This document shows positions 42,683-55,764 of a DNA stretch of 64,000 nt, piece by piece. The stretch spans positions 17,670,001 to 17,734,000 of the forward strand of contig OX597830.1 of the NCBI GenBank assembly GCA_951406725.2, given 5' to 3'. A program made the translations under genes and the position numbers. The stretch's first letter is position 1, and every line of letters starts with the position of its first letter. The notes below the pieces were generated by a model, which was not told the origin of the DNA, made no database searches, and saw only the letters and a list, made by a program, of their open reading frames with translations. This DNA comes from Octopus vulgaris (taxonomy: Eukaryota).

Positions 42683-42945
42683 CACGACGTCATATTAATA
42701 GCATAGGAAACTGTTGTTTTTCGAATATAAGTACCGTTAAGGAAACGGGGAAATGAAAACAGCTATTAGACAGCCGGGATTTGTAGAGACCACATCAATT
42801 ATTGACGTATTAGATACTTAAATAATTAGTAGCATACAAACAAAAAGCGGTCACACACCTCTCTACATTTTTAATTTAAGGATACAGTAACAACAATAAC
42901 GTGAAACTGTCCATAAAACAGTTCAGCCTATTATTTATTATTATT

Positions 42946-43028
<83 letters not shown>

Positions 43029-43350
43029 GACATATAAATATGAATATGTGTATGTGTGTATACATACATATACATACATGCATATATATATGTGTATGTA
43101 TGTATGTATATATATGTATAAAATTTATATATGAATATATATGTATATAAATATGTATGTGCAAGCGCGCGTGCGTGTGTGTAGAAGGTTGAAAAGTTAT
43201 ACACGAGTGTATAATAAAGCAAAGTAGACAATGCTAAAATAATTTTATCATGACAAAGATTTTAGAACCGGTTTCAGTCTTTTCCAGTTTTTGAACTTAG
43301 AGTAAAGCAAAAAAAAAAAAAACAATTGAATTGAAGAAAAATTAAATGAA

Positions 43351-43600
43351 ATTCTGTTGTGTCTGGAGAGAGTCATTTTCTTTTTGTTGCCTTATGATTT
43401 AACAAAAGTCTATTGCAAATGTTGCAAGACGCAACGAAAATTTTCGGAAAATAAAAATAAGAAATAAGTGGAAATTTTACCGGTGAATGTGTTAAATTAT
43501 AAGGTACAAAAAGAAAATGACTCTCCCCAGACACAACAGAATAGGTTTCAACACACGAACTCACATAAAGAATCTTGCAGACCAAATCTCAAAACGAAAT
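43351..43600 (+). mobile_element. Family E short element with 5' inversion and variant HHR-like motif
   Basis: Inverted arms 43351-43404 and 43490-43542; direct repeat AAATTAAATGAAAT at 43339 and 43597; second copy at 53317-53510. Confidence 0.7.
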
Positions 43601-43754
43601 TAAATGAAATGTTTTTTTAAAAATATTTCCATAGTCTTCAAATAGGTAGAACATTTTTCTTTTTTCTGTCTCCCCCTCTTACTTTCGTGAAGGCTCGGTA
43701 GGTAGTAGCTGATCTTCAGAAATAGGTAATATGTGTGGAAAGATATCTCTGTGT

Positions 43755-43819
<65 letters not shown>

Positions 43820-43843
43820 AGCGTGTGTGCACGCGCGCGTGCG

Positions 43844-44140
43844 TATTGAGTCATCCCATAAATAGTGCGTTTTTTTTATACTTCTTTTATTGTTCAAAAT
43901 TAAGATAAACGAACTTCTTTTTTAATCTAAAATATATCCTCGTTCATTTTCTACAATATTCTTCCATCTATCTGGTAGACTTGCAAGGCCCCTCTTCCAA
44001 AATTCACTTGTCCTTGACGAAAATTACTCCTCCAGTACTGTTCTGACCTCGTCTAAAGAATTCATACATTTTCCGTTCAAATGATGTTGAAGACTGCGAA
44101 ACAAATGATAATCAGATAGGGGGATGTCCGGCGAATATAC
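43844..44140 (-). mobile_element. mariner transposase C-terminus and 3' end
   Basis: YSPDIPLSDYHLFRSLQHHLNGK (YSPDLAPSDYHLF motif). Confidence 0.85.
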
Positions 44141-44683
44141 ATGCACACAAGGCACACATGCACACACTAAAGACAGATTAAGAAGGAGAAAATAATAAAT
44201 AAATGAATGAAAGACACAAGTACACACACTGTAATATACAAACCCATATACACGCACACGGGCACACATACTGAACACATTCACAAATACATATACACAT
44301 ATATAAACGCATGCGTAGATAGTGATACATTCCACAAAGGGGCAAAATGGAATAAGTAGGACAAAAGGAGACACATGGGAGACAAAATTAGTTATGAGGT
44401 CACTGAATGTGTAACGAAAGAACTTTGACAGAGAAATAAACTGAAAATAATACGAATAAAAACTGAAATGAAGATCAAATAAACAGTACTGTGTGTAATT
44501 AGCAAAAAATGAACATCCTCAAGTATAACAATATAAATGTTTGTGTGTGTGTGTATGTTTTTTATATATTTTATGTATATATATTCAAATATGAAACAGA
44601 AGCAGAGCTAGTGTACATAAACATTATCGGCCACACATACTTAACTTGGGAAATTTGCAAAGGATATAAGTTATGTGTGGTCG

Positions 44684-44733
<50 letters not shown>

Positions 44734-44780
44734 TAAATGAAAGAATGGAGTCGAACGAAGATGTTAGCAAAATTCCTTTA

Positions 44781-44862
44781 CTCTCGACATATGTTTCGAA
44801 GAGAACATGTTTTCATTCCAAAGGAATAGAGGGTGCATTATGCAATCTTCTCATCAGGAAAG
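44781..44862 (-). ncRNA. Type I hammerhead ribozyme motif
   Basis: CTTTC CTGATGA GAAGA..TCTTC GAA ACATATGT C GAGAG on the minus strand. Confidence 0.8.
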
Positions 44863-45064
44863 AAAGAGAGCCTCTTTTTCAATCAATGTGCCCTTCCCTC
44901 TCCACTTGTTCCCTACCTATTATTACTTTAACTCTTCTCTTCCTACTATCTATCTTTGACGTCAATTCTTCTAACGGTTTTTTTAAAAAAACACTCATTA
45001 TCGTTTTGTTTACCATGTAGGCAGTCATCGAAATTTCTGTTTGTCTTGTTGGCGAGAGAGGTTC

Positions 45065-45157
45065 CCTTTCTTTCCTGATGAGAAGATTGCATAATGCACC
45101 CTTTATTCCTTTGGAATGAAAACATGTTGTCTTCGAAACATATGTCGAGAGTAAAGG
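45065..45157 (+). ncRNA. Type I hammerhead ribozyme motif with canonical core
   Basis: CCTTTCTTTC CTGATGA GAAGA(43 nt)TCTTC GAA ACATATGT C GAGAGTAAAGG; predicted cleavage after C45146. Confidence 0.85.
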
Positions 45158-45358
45158 AATTTTGTTAACATATTCGTTCGACTCCATTCTTTTATTTATT
45201 CATATACAACACACAAATTTGTGCACATGAACCCGGAGTTTCTACCCTTGGACAGGTCGCTTCAACCGTGTTTCTGACGTGAATTTGCTACCCAGGTTTC
45301 TTCGGTTAAACGAATTTTCCATGCTGACGATAAACATAGGATAATTCATTCACCTATT

Positions 45359-45434
<76 letters not shown>

Positions 45435-45647
45435 TATATATATATATGTTTATATCATTATATATATATATAAAATTTTTATATACACACGCTGACATAT
45501 GACCAACGTTGAACCCCTTATTCGCATAATCACCGAACCTGGAACTTAACTGCAGTCCATCTATACCACTTATTCATTATTACCTGACATCTTTGGGTCT
45601 CAATGACAACATTACCTCTCATAACCTCCCTATATATAAATGTATAT

Positions 45648-45840
45648 GGGGAGAGTTTACACAAAAAAAGACGAAGACAGGTGACGTACATAACAAACAA
45701 ATGTATTAGTATAACGCTCAGGAATAGAAAAAGTCTTTTACGTTTCGAGCCTACGCTCTTCTACAGAAAGGGACACAGAAAAAAACAAAGAGAGAAACAA
45801 GGAGAGAAAAAAGGAGAGAAAAAATGTGTGTAGTGGCTAA
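45648..45840 (-). mobile_element. Family C element with HHR-like motif at 45735-45770
   Basis: Near-identical to 26221-26425. Confidence 0.8.
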
Positions 45841-46814
45841 TATATATATATATATACACACATATTACAAGCATACATGCTTATATTTTGTGTGAGTATG
45901 CGAGAAGGTGGGCGTGCAAATAGGAGCATGTATGTATGCATATTTGTGTGAATTTCAGAGATGAAAATTATGATTATTAAGCATTGATATATTCTGACTA
46001 TTGTACTTATCTTGGTCGCTATGGCCACCAAGTTTCAACCACTGTATTCTCCTGCCTTCTCTTTCAGGTGTCTCTGATATTTGGTAACATTCTCGGTATT
46101 TCAAACAGGATACTTTATTAAATTACGCAGTGGTATATCGTTCTTATTCCATCGACTATACTAGAAAGGGTTTCATATTAGTTATAATTGTACTTCTCAT
46201 ACCAAACCACTGAACTGATAACTCATAGACCCGAAGGTATGGTCATTAGGTGATGAAAAGGGAAGCTTTAGCTTGACTCATCACGCATCTTCGGGCTTAT
46301 TCTCTAATTTAAAATTCAAACATCACATCAAATATTATGAATCAAAGATAATCTGACTTCTACGAATTCTCTGCTCGGGGACTCCGCGTATTTTATAATC
46401 TTCAGTTTAGTATTTCTTTCTTAATTAAAATGCTCCTATGAGGTGTTAACCTCTATGCTAGGCCTACTGAGGAGATTATCATTGCCCAGCATAAACAGTG
46501 CTTCTTGAAGTCATTTTTATCTTCCAGTATCGTTCCCTAGCTATTATCTCAAATTTGTTCCACAAACGTTGGTAGCATTCTCCACCAGTGATACACTAAG
46601 GCTGATTTCTAATTTCTATGCTTCTTTTCGGATTTCGGCTTTGCGAGATTTCTGTAGCCTTGCTTACAATCTACCCCGAAGAGTTAACTATATTTTTCAG
46701 TTCGTAATTCTTAGAATATCACTGAATATAAGACTTGATGGAACAGCGACCAAAACGTTATTATAATTATGAAGATCAGGACACCAGACTGAATATATCA
46801 GTGAATAATAGAAA

Positions 46815-47005
46815 TAATAATAATTTTTGCACGATGCCAGCAATTTCTGATTAGGGGGCAAGTTGATTACATCGACTCCAGTGTTCAACTGGTACTTGTT
46901 TTATCGACCCCAAAGGATCAAGGGCAAAGTCAACCTCGGCAGAATTTGAACTCAGAACATAAGCATTTTTTTGGCGTGCTAACGATTCTGCCTGCTCGCC
47001 GCCTT
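46815..47005 (-). mobile_element. SINE family B
   Basis: Reverse-complement core and head. Confidence 0.8.
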
Positions 47006-47135
47006 ACATAAAACTATAGAAAACAGCAAATAAAATAGTGGGTTAAAAAATCATTCGATAGAAAGCAGTTAACATCGACTTTTTTTGCATCTTAGGGAAT
47101 TTTATAAATATGTGTTATAAAATCTGACACATATA

Positions 47136-47412
47136 CGTAGGAGTGGCTGTGTGGTAAGTAGCTTGCTTACGAACCGCATGGTTTCGGGTTCAGTCCCACT
47201 GATTGGCACCTTGGGCACGTGTATTCTTCTATAACCTCGGGCCGACCAAAGCCTTGTGAGTGGATTTGGTAGACGGAAACTTAGCGGTTCGGCAAAAGAC
47301 ACCGATAGAATAAGTACTAGGCTAACAAAGAATAAGTCCTGGGGTCGATTTGCTCGACTAAAGGCGGTGCTCCAGCAGGCCACAGTCAAAGTGACTGAAA
47401 CGAGTAAAAGAG
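47136..47412 (+). mobile_element. SINE family A lacking the central microsatellite segment
   Basis: GACGGAAAC joined directly to TTAGCGGTTCGG. Confidence 0.85.
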
Positions 47413-47567
47413 TATACACACACGTACGGATGTACATACAAATGTATGTATGTATGTATGTATGTATGTATGTATGTATGTATGTATGTATGTATGTATC
47501 TATGTATGTATATATGTATGTATATATGTATGCATGAATGCTTGTATGTATGTATGTATGTACCTAC

Positions 47568-47598
<31 letters not shown>

Positions 47599-47675
47599 TG
47601 CATGCATGCATGTACCTATGTACCACCCCTTCACAGTCTCTCATTTTCGCTGCCGAATTCCTTAATCCCCCTTAA

Positions 47676-47875
47676 CCATTTAGCATTCAAACTGACCATA
47701 TCCAACCCAAATATTCTCCTTGTTTTATGTTCAGACCAGCCTGAGCCGGCTCTCACATTTAACCTACAATGTCATCATTGAAACTTCAAGGCTACCAGAT
47801 AATGTATGATTAATTCTAGTCAATGTGAATAGGTACGCATTACATCTACATTTAAGTAAGCTGAATACTAAAGGG
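47676..47875. mobile_element. TTAA-target (piggyBac-like) MITE
   Basis: TTAA-CCATTTAGCATTCA ... TGAATACTAAAGGG-TGAA imperfect TIRs. Confidence 0.6.
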
Positions 47876-47977
47876 TGAATGACAACTGGTGGTCACAACA
47901 GTTATGTGTAGTATTTTCCTTGCGGTTCTATGTATTATTGTAATACCGTTGCCCAATGTACTGACTACAACTTCAAG

Positions 47978-48334
47978 TGGAGGCGCAATGGCCCAGTGGT
48001 TAGGGCAGCGAACTCGCGGTCGGAGGATTGCTGTTTCGATTCACACACCGGGCGTTCTGTGTGTTTATTGAGCGAAAACACCTAAAGCTCCACGAGGCTC
48101 CGGCAGGGGTGGGGTGGTGGCGACCCCTGTTGTACTCTTTCACTCCAACTTTCTATCACTCTTTCTTCCTGTGTCTTGTCCCCGACTTCCTACGCAACCG
48201 CTGAGCCTGGATGCGCATTCATCCATCCGTCGATGCTATCAGTGTCGGGGGGTTGACCTGCTTTCTCTTCTGCGGGTCTTACGAATAGCAAAGGACCACG
48301 CTTCGGGACGAAGACCGCTTTGCTCAAAAAACAA
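47978..48334 (+). mobile_element. SINE family D head and body with a different 3' tail
   Basis: TSD ACTACAACTTCAAG at 47964-47977 and 48335-48348. Confidence 0.9.
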
Positions 48335-49124
48335 ACTACAACTTCAAGCTTGTACGTATGATACCTCTTGGAAATACGTACTTTCTTACAGTCCTTAGTA
48401 TTTCACAAATACAACGTCTATCCCGTTTGAAAAAAAGCGAATCCCTTAATGTATCCCTTTACAAGTGTCTTTTCTTCGTTTCACTATCATTCACTCAGTC
48501 TTCCTGTCGGTCTGTCTTTCTGATCCCATCCTTAACTTCCTCTTTCCTCTCTCACTTTCCTCTTCATTCTCAATGTTCACTGATCTTTCTATCTCTGTCT
48601 TCCTCAAACACATGGGTCTTCTATAACTACTGCTTTTGTGTTGCCTCTACATTCGGTTAATAATGTTACGGTTATTATTCTCCAGAAATGGATTTTTAAT
48701 TTCCTATTATATAGATGATCGTTTTGGGATCCATCTCTCATCAGTAGATGATTGAAGGTTAAAAATTCAATTTTAGATATAAATTAGAATATATTTTCTC
48801 TTCATTTTAAATTTACGCTTTATCCATTCTATGCGAGTGAATGTCTTATTGGAAAGAGAAGGAATACACACAAACACACACAATATGTTTATACGCATGT
48901 AGGAAGATATATTGGTATATATATAAAGAAAGATGTAATTATACATGTATTTACATTTGAAGGGAGTGTGTGTGGAGAGTGGATAACCTACCTGTGTGAA
49001 ATCATGGTATTGATTTAAACATATATTGCCTATAAAAACACACGCATAAATGTAAATACATCCTTATATACTTGTATGCATACACATGTGTGAGTCAATC
49101 TATGTGTATTATGCATATGTATAT

Positions 49125-49224
<100 letters not shown>

Positions 49225-50273
49225 GTATATATATATATATATACGTATATATACATATATATATATGTGTGTGTGTATATACCTTTATATATATATATAT
49301 ACATATATAGACACTATATATATATATATATATATACACTTACATATATACATGTACATGCATGTGTGAATACGTGAAGATATATAAACACAAACGCAAA
49401 ACACATATCTATATATATATATATATTTACATTTATAGCACATATATACATGCATATACATATATGTATATGAGTGTGTATGTGTATATATACATATGTA
49501 TGTATATAATCAAATACCTACGTGTATGTATATATACATATATATACTTATATATTTATTATGTATATGTATATATGTACATATATACATTCATATATAT
49601 ATATATATATGTGTGTTTGTGTGTGTGTGTTCATGAGTACACACACACACATAGACGCGCGCATGCGGGCAGTCTCATGCGCACACACTCACGCTGAACA
49701 ACACACTTAGGCACAACACACATACTTCCAAAGAATGCGCATATTATACAGAGGTTGATGCATGCATACACACACACACACACACGCATACGCACACACA
49801 CACACACACACTCATGCCGTACATTAACCTTTCCTCTAACACCAACGAACCCACACATAAAACCAACACAGTCTTGAGATATATACTGAAATATTAATTC
49901 CTCCTGAGACGCCAAACACATGGTAAATAATCGTAAAATATATGAAACGTTATTTGATACTGACAATATTAAACGCTCAGAATTTATCGAGATACGCGGG
50001 TATCTAATAAGTGTCTTAATCAACATCGTGTTAACATATTTAATGAGGGAAACATTAAATTGCTAATTAAAAGTAATTATGCGGTGAGAAAATGACAATA
50101 CTCGGCATTGCCTGAAATTCTTTTAAATTGAATGGAATGTTAGTTATATCTTTTGTCCTTTATTTTTTTACTTATTTCATTCATTAAGCTGCGGCCATGC
50201 TGGGCTCAAACACGGGCACAGACTCACGCTCATTCACACACACACATACGCACACACATATACGCACACACAT

Positions 50274-50432
50274 ATGATTGGCTTCCTTCAGTTTCCGCCT
50301 ACCAAATCCACTCGCAAGTCTTTGGACGGCCCAAGACTATAGTAGGAGACACTCAACGTACTACGCGGGGGGATTGAACCCGGAACCATGTAGTTGTGAA
50401 GGAAGCTTCTCCCCACGAAATCATGCCTGCAC
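50274..50432 (-). mobile_element. SINE family A 5' module, diverged
   Basis: TTCAGTTTCCG.CTACCAAATCCACTC and TGAACCCGGAACCATGT. Confidence 0.75.
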
Positions 50433-50626
50433 CTGATGGGTAGTGTGGGTAAAATATTAAAATACTTTTGCCAATGTGATCAATACTAGATTATATTACA
50501 TATTTTTTATCGTTTATATGTTTTGGCCATTTGAATATGTCTGGTACTTTATTCTAGTGTTCTCCTTTGCTGAACAGCTAAGTTACAGAAATATATAGAA
50601 ACAGCACCAATTGTCAAGCGGTGAGG

Positions 50627-50711
<85 letters not shown>

Positions 50712-50713
<2 letters not shown>

Positions 50714-52530
50714 GGTCTGGTTGGGGGCCCCATGACAGGGTTTATGACAAACCATACATAAACCCTGTCATGGGGCCCCCAACCAGACCAGATTGCGGAG
50801 CGAATATCTCCAGCAACTATAGACTGTTCTGCTTCCTCTCACAGGTGTTACGACCTATCATAGAAATGTCTCCAGATGTCTGTGTGAGCACGGAAGATCT
50901 CCTCGGTAAAATCAGTACACCAACTACCTCACAGATTGTGTAGTGGATAGTATGGATGTGATTTTACTCTACCCATGTATAGACATAGATTTTGCTGTAG
51001 AGAAATGCATTCAGGTAATCTGTGAGAGTGAAGTGGAGTTTCGTAATGTCAACACGAGAGAACTGGGTCTTCTCCTCAGTCTAAGCTACGACAGTGGCTA
51101 TTTAGATGACCAAGACCTCAGTCGATTCTTCCCCACCAGGTCACAGAGGGGAAGACCACCTAACATCACTTTAGCAGTGAAAAAAGCACCACAGAGCGCT
51201 GGAGTGGCTTAGACCGCACCCACCCAAACCCTGAGAACAACAATCAGGCGAAAGAAATGATTGCACATGCAATACGGGCCAGTGTAAAAACCACCTTGAA
51301 AAACACATAGTAAAGTTTAATAAAAAAAAAACTATACATGTAGGTTCAAGGTGCAGCCATCGGTGTCGGAGTAGCTGGAGATGTGGCCGGCCTCTTCATG
51401 ACCTGGTGGGGCAGAAAACTTAAGCAAACGTTAGCAGAACAGTCCACAACTCTTTTACTTTACAGTAGATATATAGATGATATTAATATCATAATTAGGA
51501 CCACCTCTAGTAACGGTAGTGTAGAAACTAAGAGGAACATAAGGGAGGGCATCCAGCAAGTAGCAAACTCCATCCACCAAAGTATCAAGGTAACTATAGA
51601 TTACCCCACTAAGCACTCCAACAATAGACTCCCCGTACTTGATACTGAACTTTGAATAGAGACTGTGAACAATAGAGTGCAGCTCCCCCACTCCTATTAC
51701 ATAAAACCTATAGCTTCAAAATATGTTGTTCACTAGGAACTCAGCTTTGTCACACAACATGAAAATTAACATTCTGATAGCAGACTTAGGATAATGAACA
51801 ACGTGTCCCCACTATGCGAATCCTATGAAATGAAAAAAAACATATACAGAACTTCATACACCGCATGCAGCTCTCTGGGTATGATCAGAAAGATAGGGTT
51901 CGAGTATACAGGAGTGCTAGAAAGAAATTAGATAACATTATACGTAATGATACCAGAGGTACCTGTTCTAGATATAGAAACAAAGACTGGAATAGGATAC
52001 AAAGAATTTGTGACAAAGGAAACAGGGCAACAAATATCAAGGAGTGATGTTTGTAGAGGCTACAGCCCATGGAGAACCAGCCCATAGAATTAGGAAAGCT
52101 CTGAAGGAGACCAAACTCAACATTAAGATTGTTGAAAAGCCAGGGAATTCCGTCAGATCACAACTATGTAGGATGTACCCGTTTAAGAATACCATATGCA
52201 CCAATGATAACTGCATGGCATGTAGGATTAGCCCTGGCAGTAACTGTAGAACTCGAAATGTAGTTTACAGCATAAGATGCATAGAAGGTGCTTGTAAAGA
52301 CATGAGCATGACATACATAGGGGAGACATCTAGGAGCATTGCGGAACGACTAAATGAACATTTGAGACAATATGACGACAAAAAATAGTCTTCTATACTC
52401 TACTAACATACCAAGGACCAACATGGTGGTAACCTGGGTCAACTTGAGATCCGCACCCAAAGGACCCAACACTCAGACAAATACGGGAGTACGTCCTCAT
52501 AAATGAAACCTCCCCAATACTAAATAAATA
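50712..52530 (+). mobile_element. Decayed, 5'-truncated Penelope-like retroelement (RT plus C-terminal GIY-YIG endonuclease) next to (CA)n
   Basis: GPPTRPDCGA, SMDVILLYPCID, QGAAIGVGVAGDVAGLFM, RYIDD, LPVLD, CxxxxCxxC..CRTRNVVYSIRC, YIGETSRSIAERLNEH; many stops and frameshifts. Confidence 0.92.
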
Positions 52531-53316
52531 GGAAATATACATAGTAGATATCATATCCCCATACCCACAGTTTACACAGGTAGAGTAGAATAGCTAGTGG
52601 GCTGTCATGTAGATGGATGCATGTATGTGTGTGTGAGTGGGTGTATGAATATATATATGTATATGCAGATGTATGTAAGCATATGGATATGAAAGTAAAC
52701 AGATCAGTATACAGACGGATAGTTACATAGGTTATATGAACAAACAAACACACATACGCATATGAAGGCTGAAACACATGACCATATATACACACACACA
52801 CTTTACTTCACACAAGGACACATATGGAGACACACGTGCACACATATGGAGATGCACATCCATACATACAAACACGGTACATAGTTACATCCATACATAC
52901 AAACACGGTACAACACACACACATACATACTCAGTCATGCACACACAAGGAAACAGAGTTACACACACACATGTTTCTTTATTGGCCACAGGGCTAAACA
53001 TAGGGGAGGTGTGTGCAAAATACAAAATAGAGCTTTTCTTTTTCGGAAGAAGAGAAAAATAAATTGGGTCGTCGTTACACACACATATATACAAACACAC
53101 ACGCACATGCATAAAACACACAAACACGGACATGCAAACACATGACTATGCAGAATACATACATACAAATGCACACACATAAATAGATACATATGCACAC
53201 ACACATACATGCATACACACACATGCATACATACATGCATGCATCATGTATAGGTACACACACACACATGCGCACAGACAAACAAAAAGGAACGCAGTGT
53301 GAGTAACGAAGAGAGT

Positions 53317-53510
53317 CAAAACTATTGAAATGGTTGCAAGACGCAACGAAAATTTTAGAAAAATATAAAAGAAATCAGTGGAAATTTTACCGGTGAGTGT
53401 GTTAAATAATAAGGCAGCAAAAGAGAATGATTCTCCTCAGACACAACAGAATATGCTCCAACACACGAACTCACATAAAGAATCTTGCAAACCAAATCCA
53501 AAAACGAAAC
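53317..53510 (+). mobile_element. Family E element, second copy
   Basis: Co-linear with 43405-43599. Confidence 0.75.
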
Positions 53511-54537
53511 AGTAATACTGTTTAACTATCAATTATTGATAGAGTATTTTCTGATATTACGAATAGTATAATATGGCTGCCACCAGCAAAGCGAAGTTCA
53601 CTTCTGGTACATTTATTTTAACCACCATCCGGAAGGTATGTCGGAATAAACTACTATTCCTCTCTATTGAGGGTTGTACTTTCTTTGCCTTCTCTTCAGT
53701 TGGGAATCTCATCTTCACCGTGCTAAAGCTCACCCACAGGCGACATACGTTTTAATCTACCAAACTGGTCTGGGGCATTTTTCGATTTGGGTCCTGCGTC
53801 GCTCGCTTTAGTTTCCTGGTTTTTGATCAAATACACTCGTAGATAAGGTTTTTTTTCTGGTATCGTCTTGGATTTCATTTGGCGTGTTTAGAAATACTAT
53901 TATGCCATTCTTTCTTAAGTGTGCTTCGATGTCACTTAACAGTTATTTTATGACACGTCAGCTTTCTCCGGTCGACGAAACGCTTGTGTGAAACCGCTTC
54001 AGTTTTGTTTAGAAATAAGAAGGGCCGCTGTTTCCTTTGTATTAATGCTTATGGTGGTGGTGGTGGTAGCAGTGTTCTTGCCAGTGTTGCCGCTTCTTGT
54101 TGTCATTGTTCTCTTTTATTGTTCCTATGATTGTGGTGGCAGTGTTGAAATGTTTAGCAGCGGAAATTTAGCACCAAGCATTTCCCGTGCTGTTGTGTTG
54201 TTGTTGTTGTTGTTGTTACTGTCGCTGCGGCTGTTACTGGTATTTACAATTTGGCTCTCCTGCATATAGCTTGCTGTTCTCAACGGAAGAGATTTGTTCA
54301 TCCGCCTTCTTTTTTAAACAGGGCCCTGTTTAATAAATAAACCCCCCAATTTAGCTCCTAAGTCTAGAGATAGTGAAAACTAACCAGTTTACTTAGGTTC
54401 TGGTTAGCTTCTTTATAAAGCGATAACAAATGATCAATATATAACTTTGTGGAATAATAAAAATAATTATGAATTTGCGGGATCGATATGCAATAGACGC
54501 CGATGGACGGACAAACAAAATAATAACAATAAAGATG

Positions 54538-54748
54538 GTTTCAAATGTTTGGCACAAGAACTGAAATTTCGAGACAGGTGATAAGTCGATTACATTGACC
54601 TCAGTGCCCACCTGGCATTTATTTCATCGACACTGAAAGGATGAAAGGAAAAGTCGACCTCGGCGGAATTTGAACTCAGAACGTAGCGACGGACGAAATA
54701 CTAAGAAATTTGTCCGGCGCAGTAACGCTTCTGCCAGTTCACCGGCTT
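54538..54748 (-). mobile_element. SINE family B
   Basis: Reverse-complement core. Confidence 0.85.
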
Positions 54749-54778
54749 AATAATATTAATGATAATAATAATAATAAT

Positions 54779-54840
<62 letters not shown>

Positions 54841-54842
<2 letters not shown>

Positions 54843-55418
54843 TCTCCGCTGTGCAGCATCTACAATAGAGTGGATGAAACCATTGATGATATCACGAGCG
54901 AATGCCCTAGATTTGCCAAAAGCAATTACAAGGTGTAGAGACACGACCGGGTAGCGAAAGTGTCACATTGGAAACTGTGCGGAAAGTGGGGGCTAGAGAG
55001 AGGCAAAACGTGATATGAGCACAAACTGCAGAGCGTAGAGAAGTCGGAGACAAATATAGTTGAGGTTTCATGCCTCTTTGACCCACGAATAGTCAAGAAG
55101 GAAGGCGAAAAGACAATTAGATACAACCTTCTTAAGTACGAAAGAGCCCAGCTGTGGAAAATGCAGAAGGTGAAGATAGTGCCAGTTATTGTTGGGTCTT
55201 TGAGAACAGTATCAGAAGGCATCAAGAGGAATATAAAGGAAATTAGGACAGAGTGCCCAGTAGAACTGTTACAAAAGGTTTGCCTTCTTGGCACGGCCAG
55301 AATAATCAGGAAAGTATTAGATAGATGACAAGAGCGAATAGCATGGCACCGTAGACTGCAGGTAGCAAGCCCGCTACGCATGGAAGATTCCAGGAGCTCC
55401 AACAAATCATGTGATAAA

Positions 55419-55422
<4 letters not shown>
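54841..55422 (+). mobile_element. RLE-type (R4/Dong-like) LINE 3' fragment in (AAT)n
   Basis: ETIDDITSECP, YRHDRVAKVSHWKLC, IVPVIVGSL, LLQKVCLLGTARIIRKVL. Confidence 0.85.
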
Positions 55423-55505
<83 letters not shown>

Positions 55506-55508
<3 letters not shown>

Positions 55509-55764
55509 TGGCAGAAATTCAAAAGATAGTGCTCATGGGAACTGCTCATATCCTACGTAAAATACTTTCTTTGTAATCTCAAGTTTTAAAACAAACATAA
55601 TTTTCGTATGGTTTTTTAGGCATTCACTAGTACAACACCAAGTACAAAACCAAATATATGGCACCCTAGGCATAACACCAACATGAACTTCCAACTTGTT
55701 GCCTCTTGAGGTCTCTGGGTGAGACTTGGAGCCAGCTTGTGCAAATGTAAAGCAAAAGTCAAAC

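Larger units (their letters stand above)
44727..45362 (+). mobile_element. (TA)n-inserted PLE-type terminal element with about 149-bp inverted arms
   Basis: Arms 44727-44875 and 45057-45205, each with a hammerhead motif. Confidence 0.8.

Noticed and set aside
47979-48052. tRNA-Arg gene
   Set aside because: tRNA-like head continues into a SINE body inside a TSD; acceptor stem not intact
51653-51655. In-frame TGA in the PLE as selenocysteine
   Set aside because: Falls where Trp is expected after LPVLD, in a copy with many other lesions
53965-54002. TCGACGAA..GAAACCGCTTC hammerhead-like string
   Set aside because: Core mismatched and no stem I pairing
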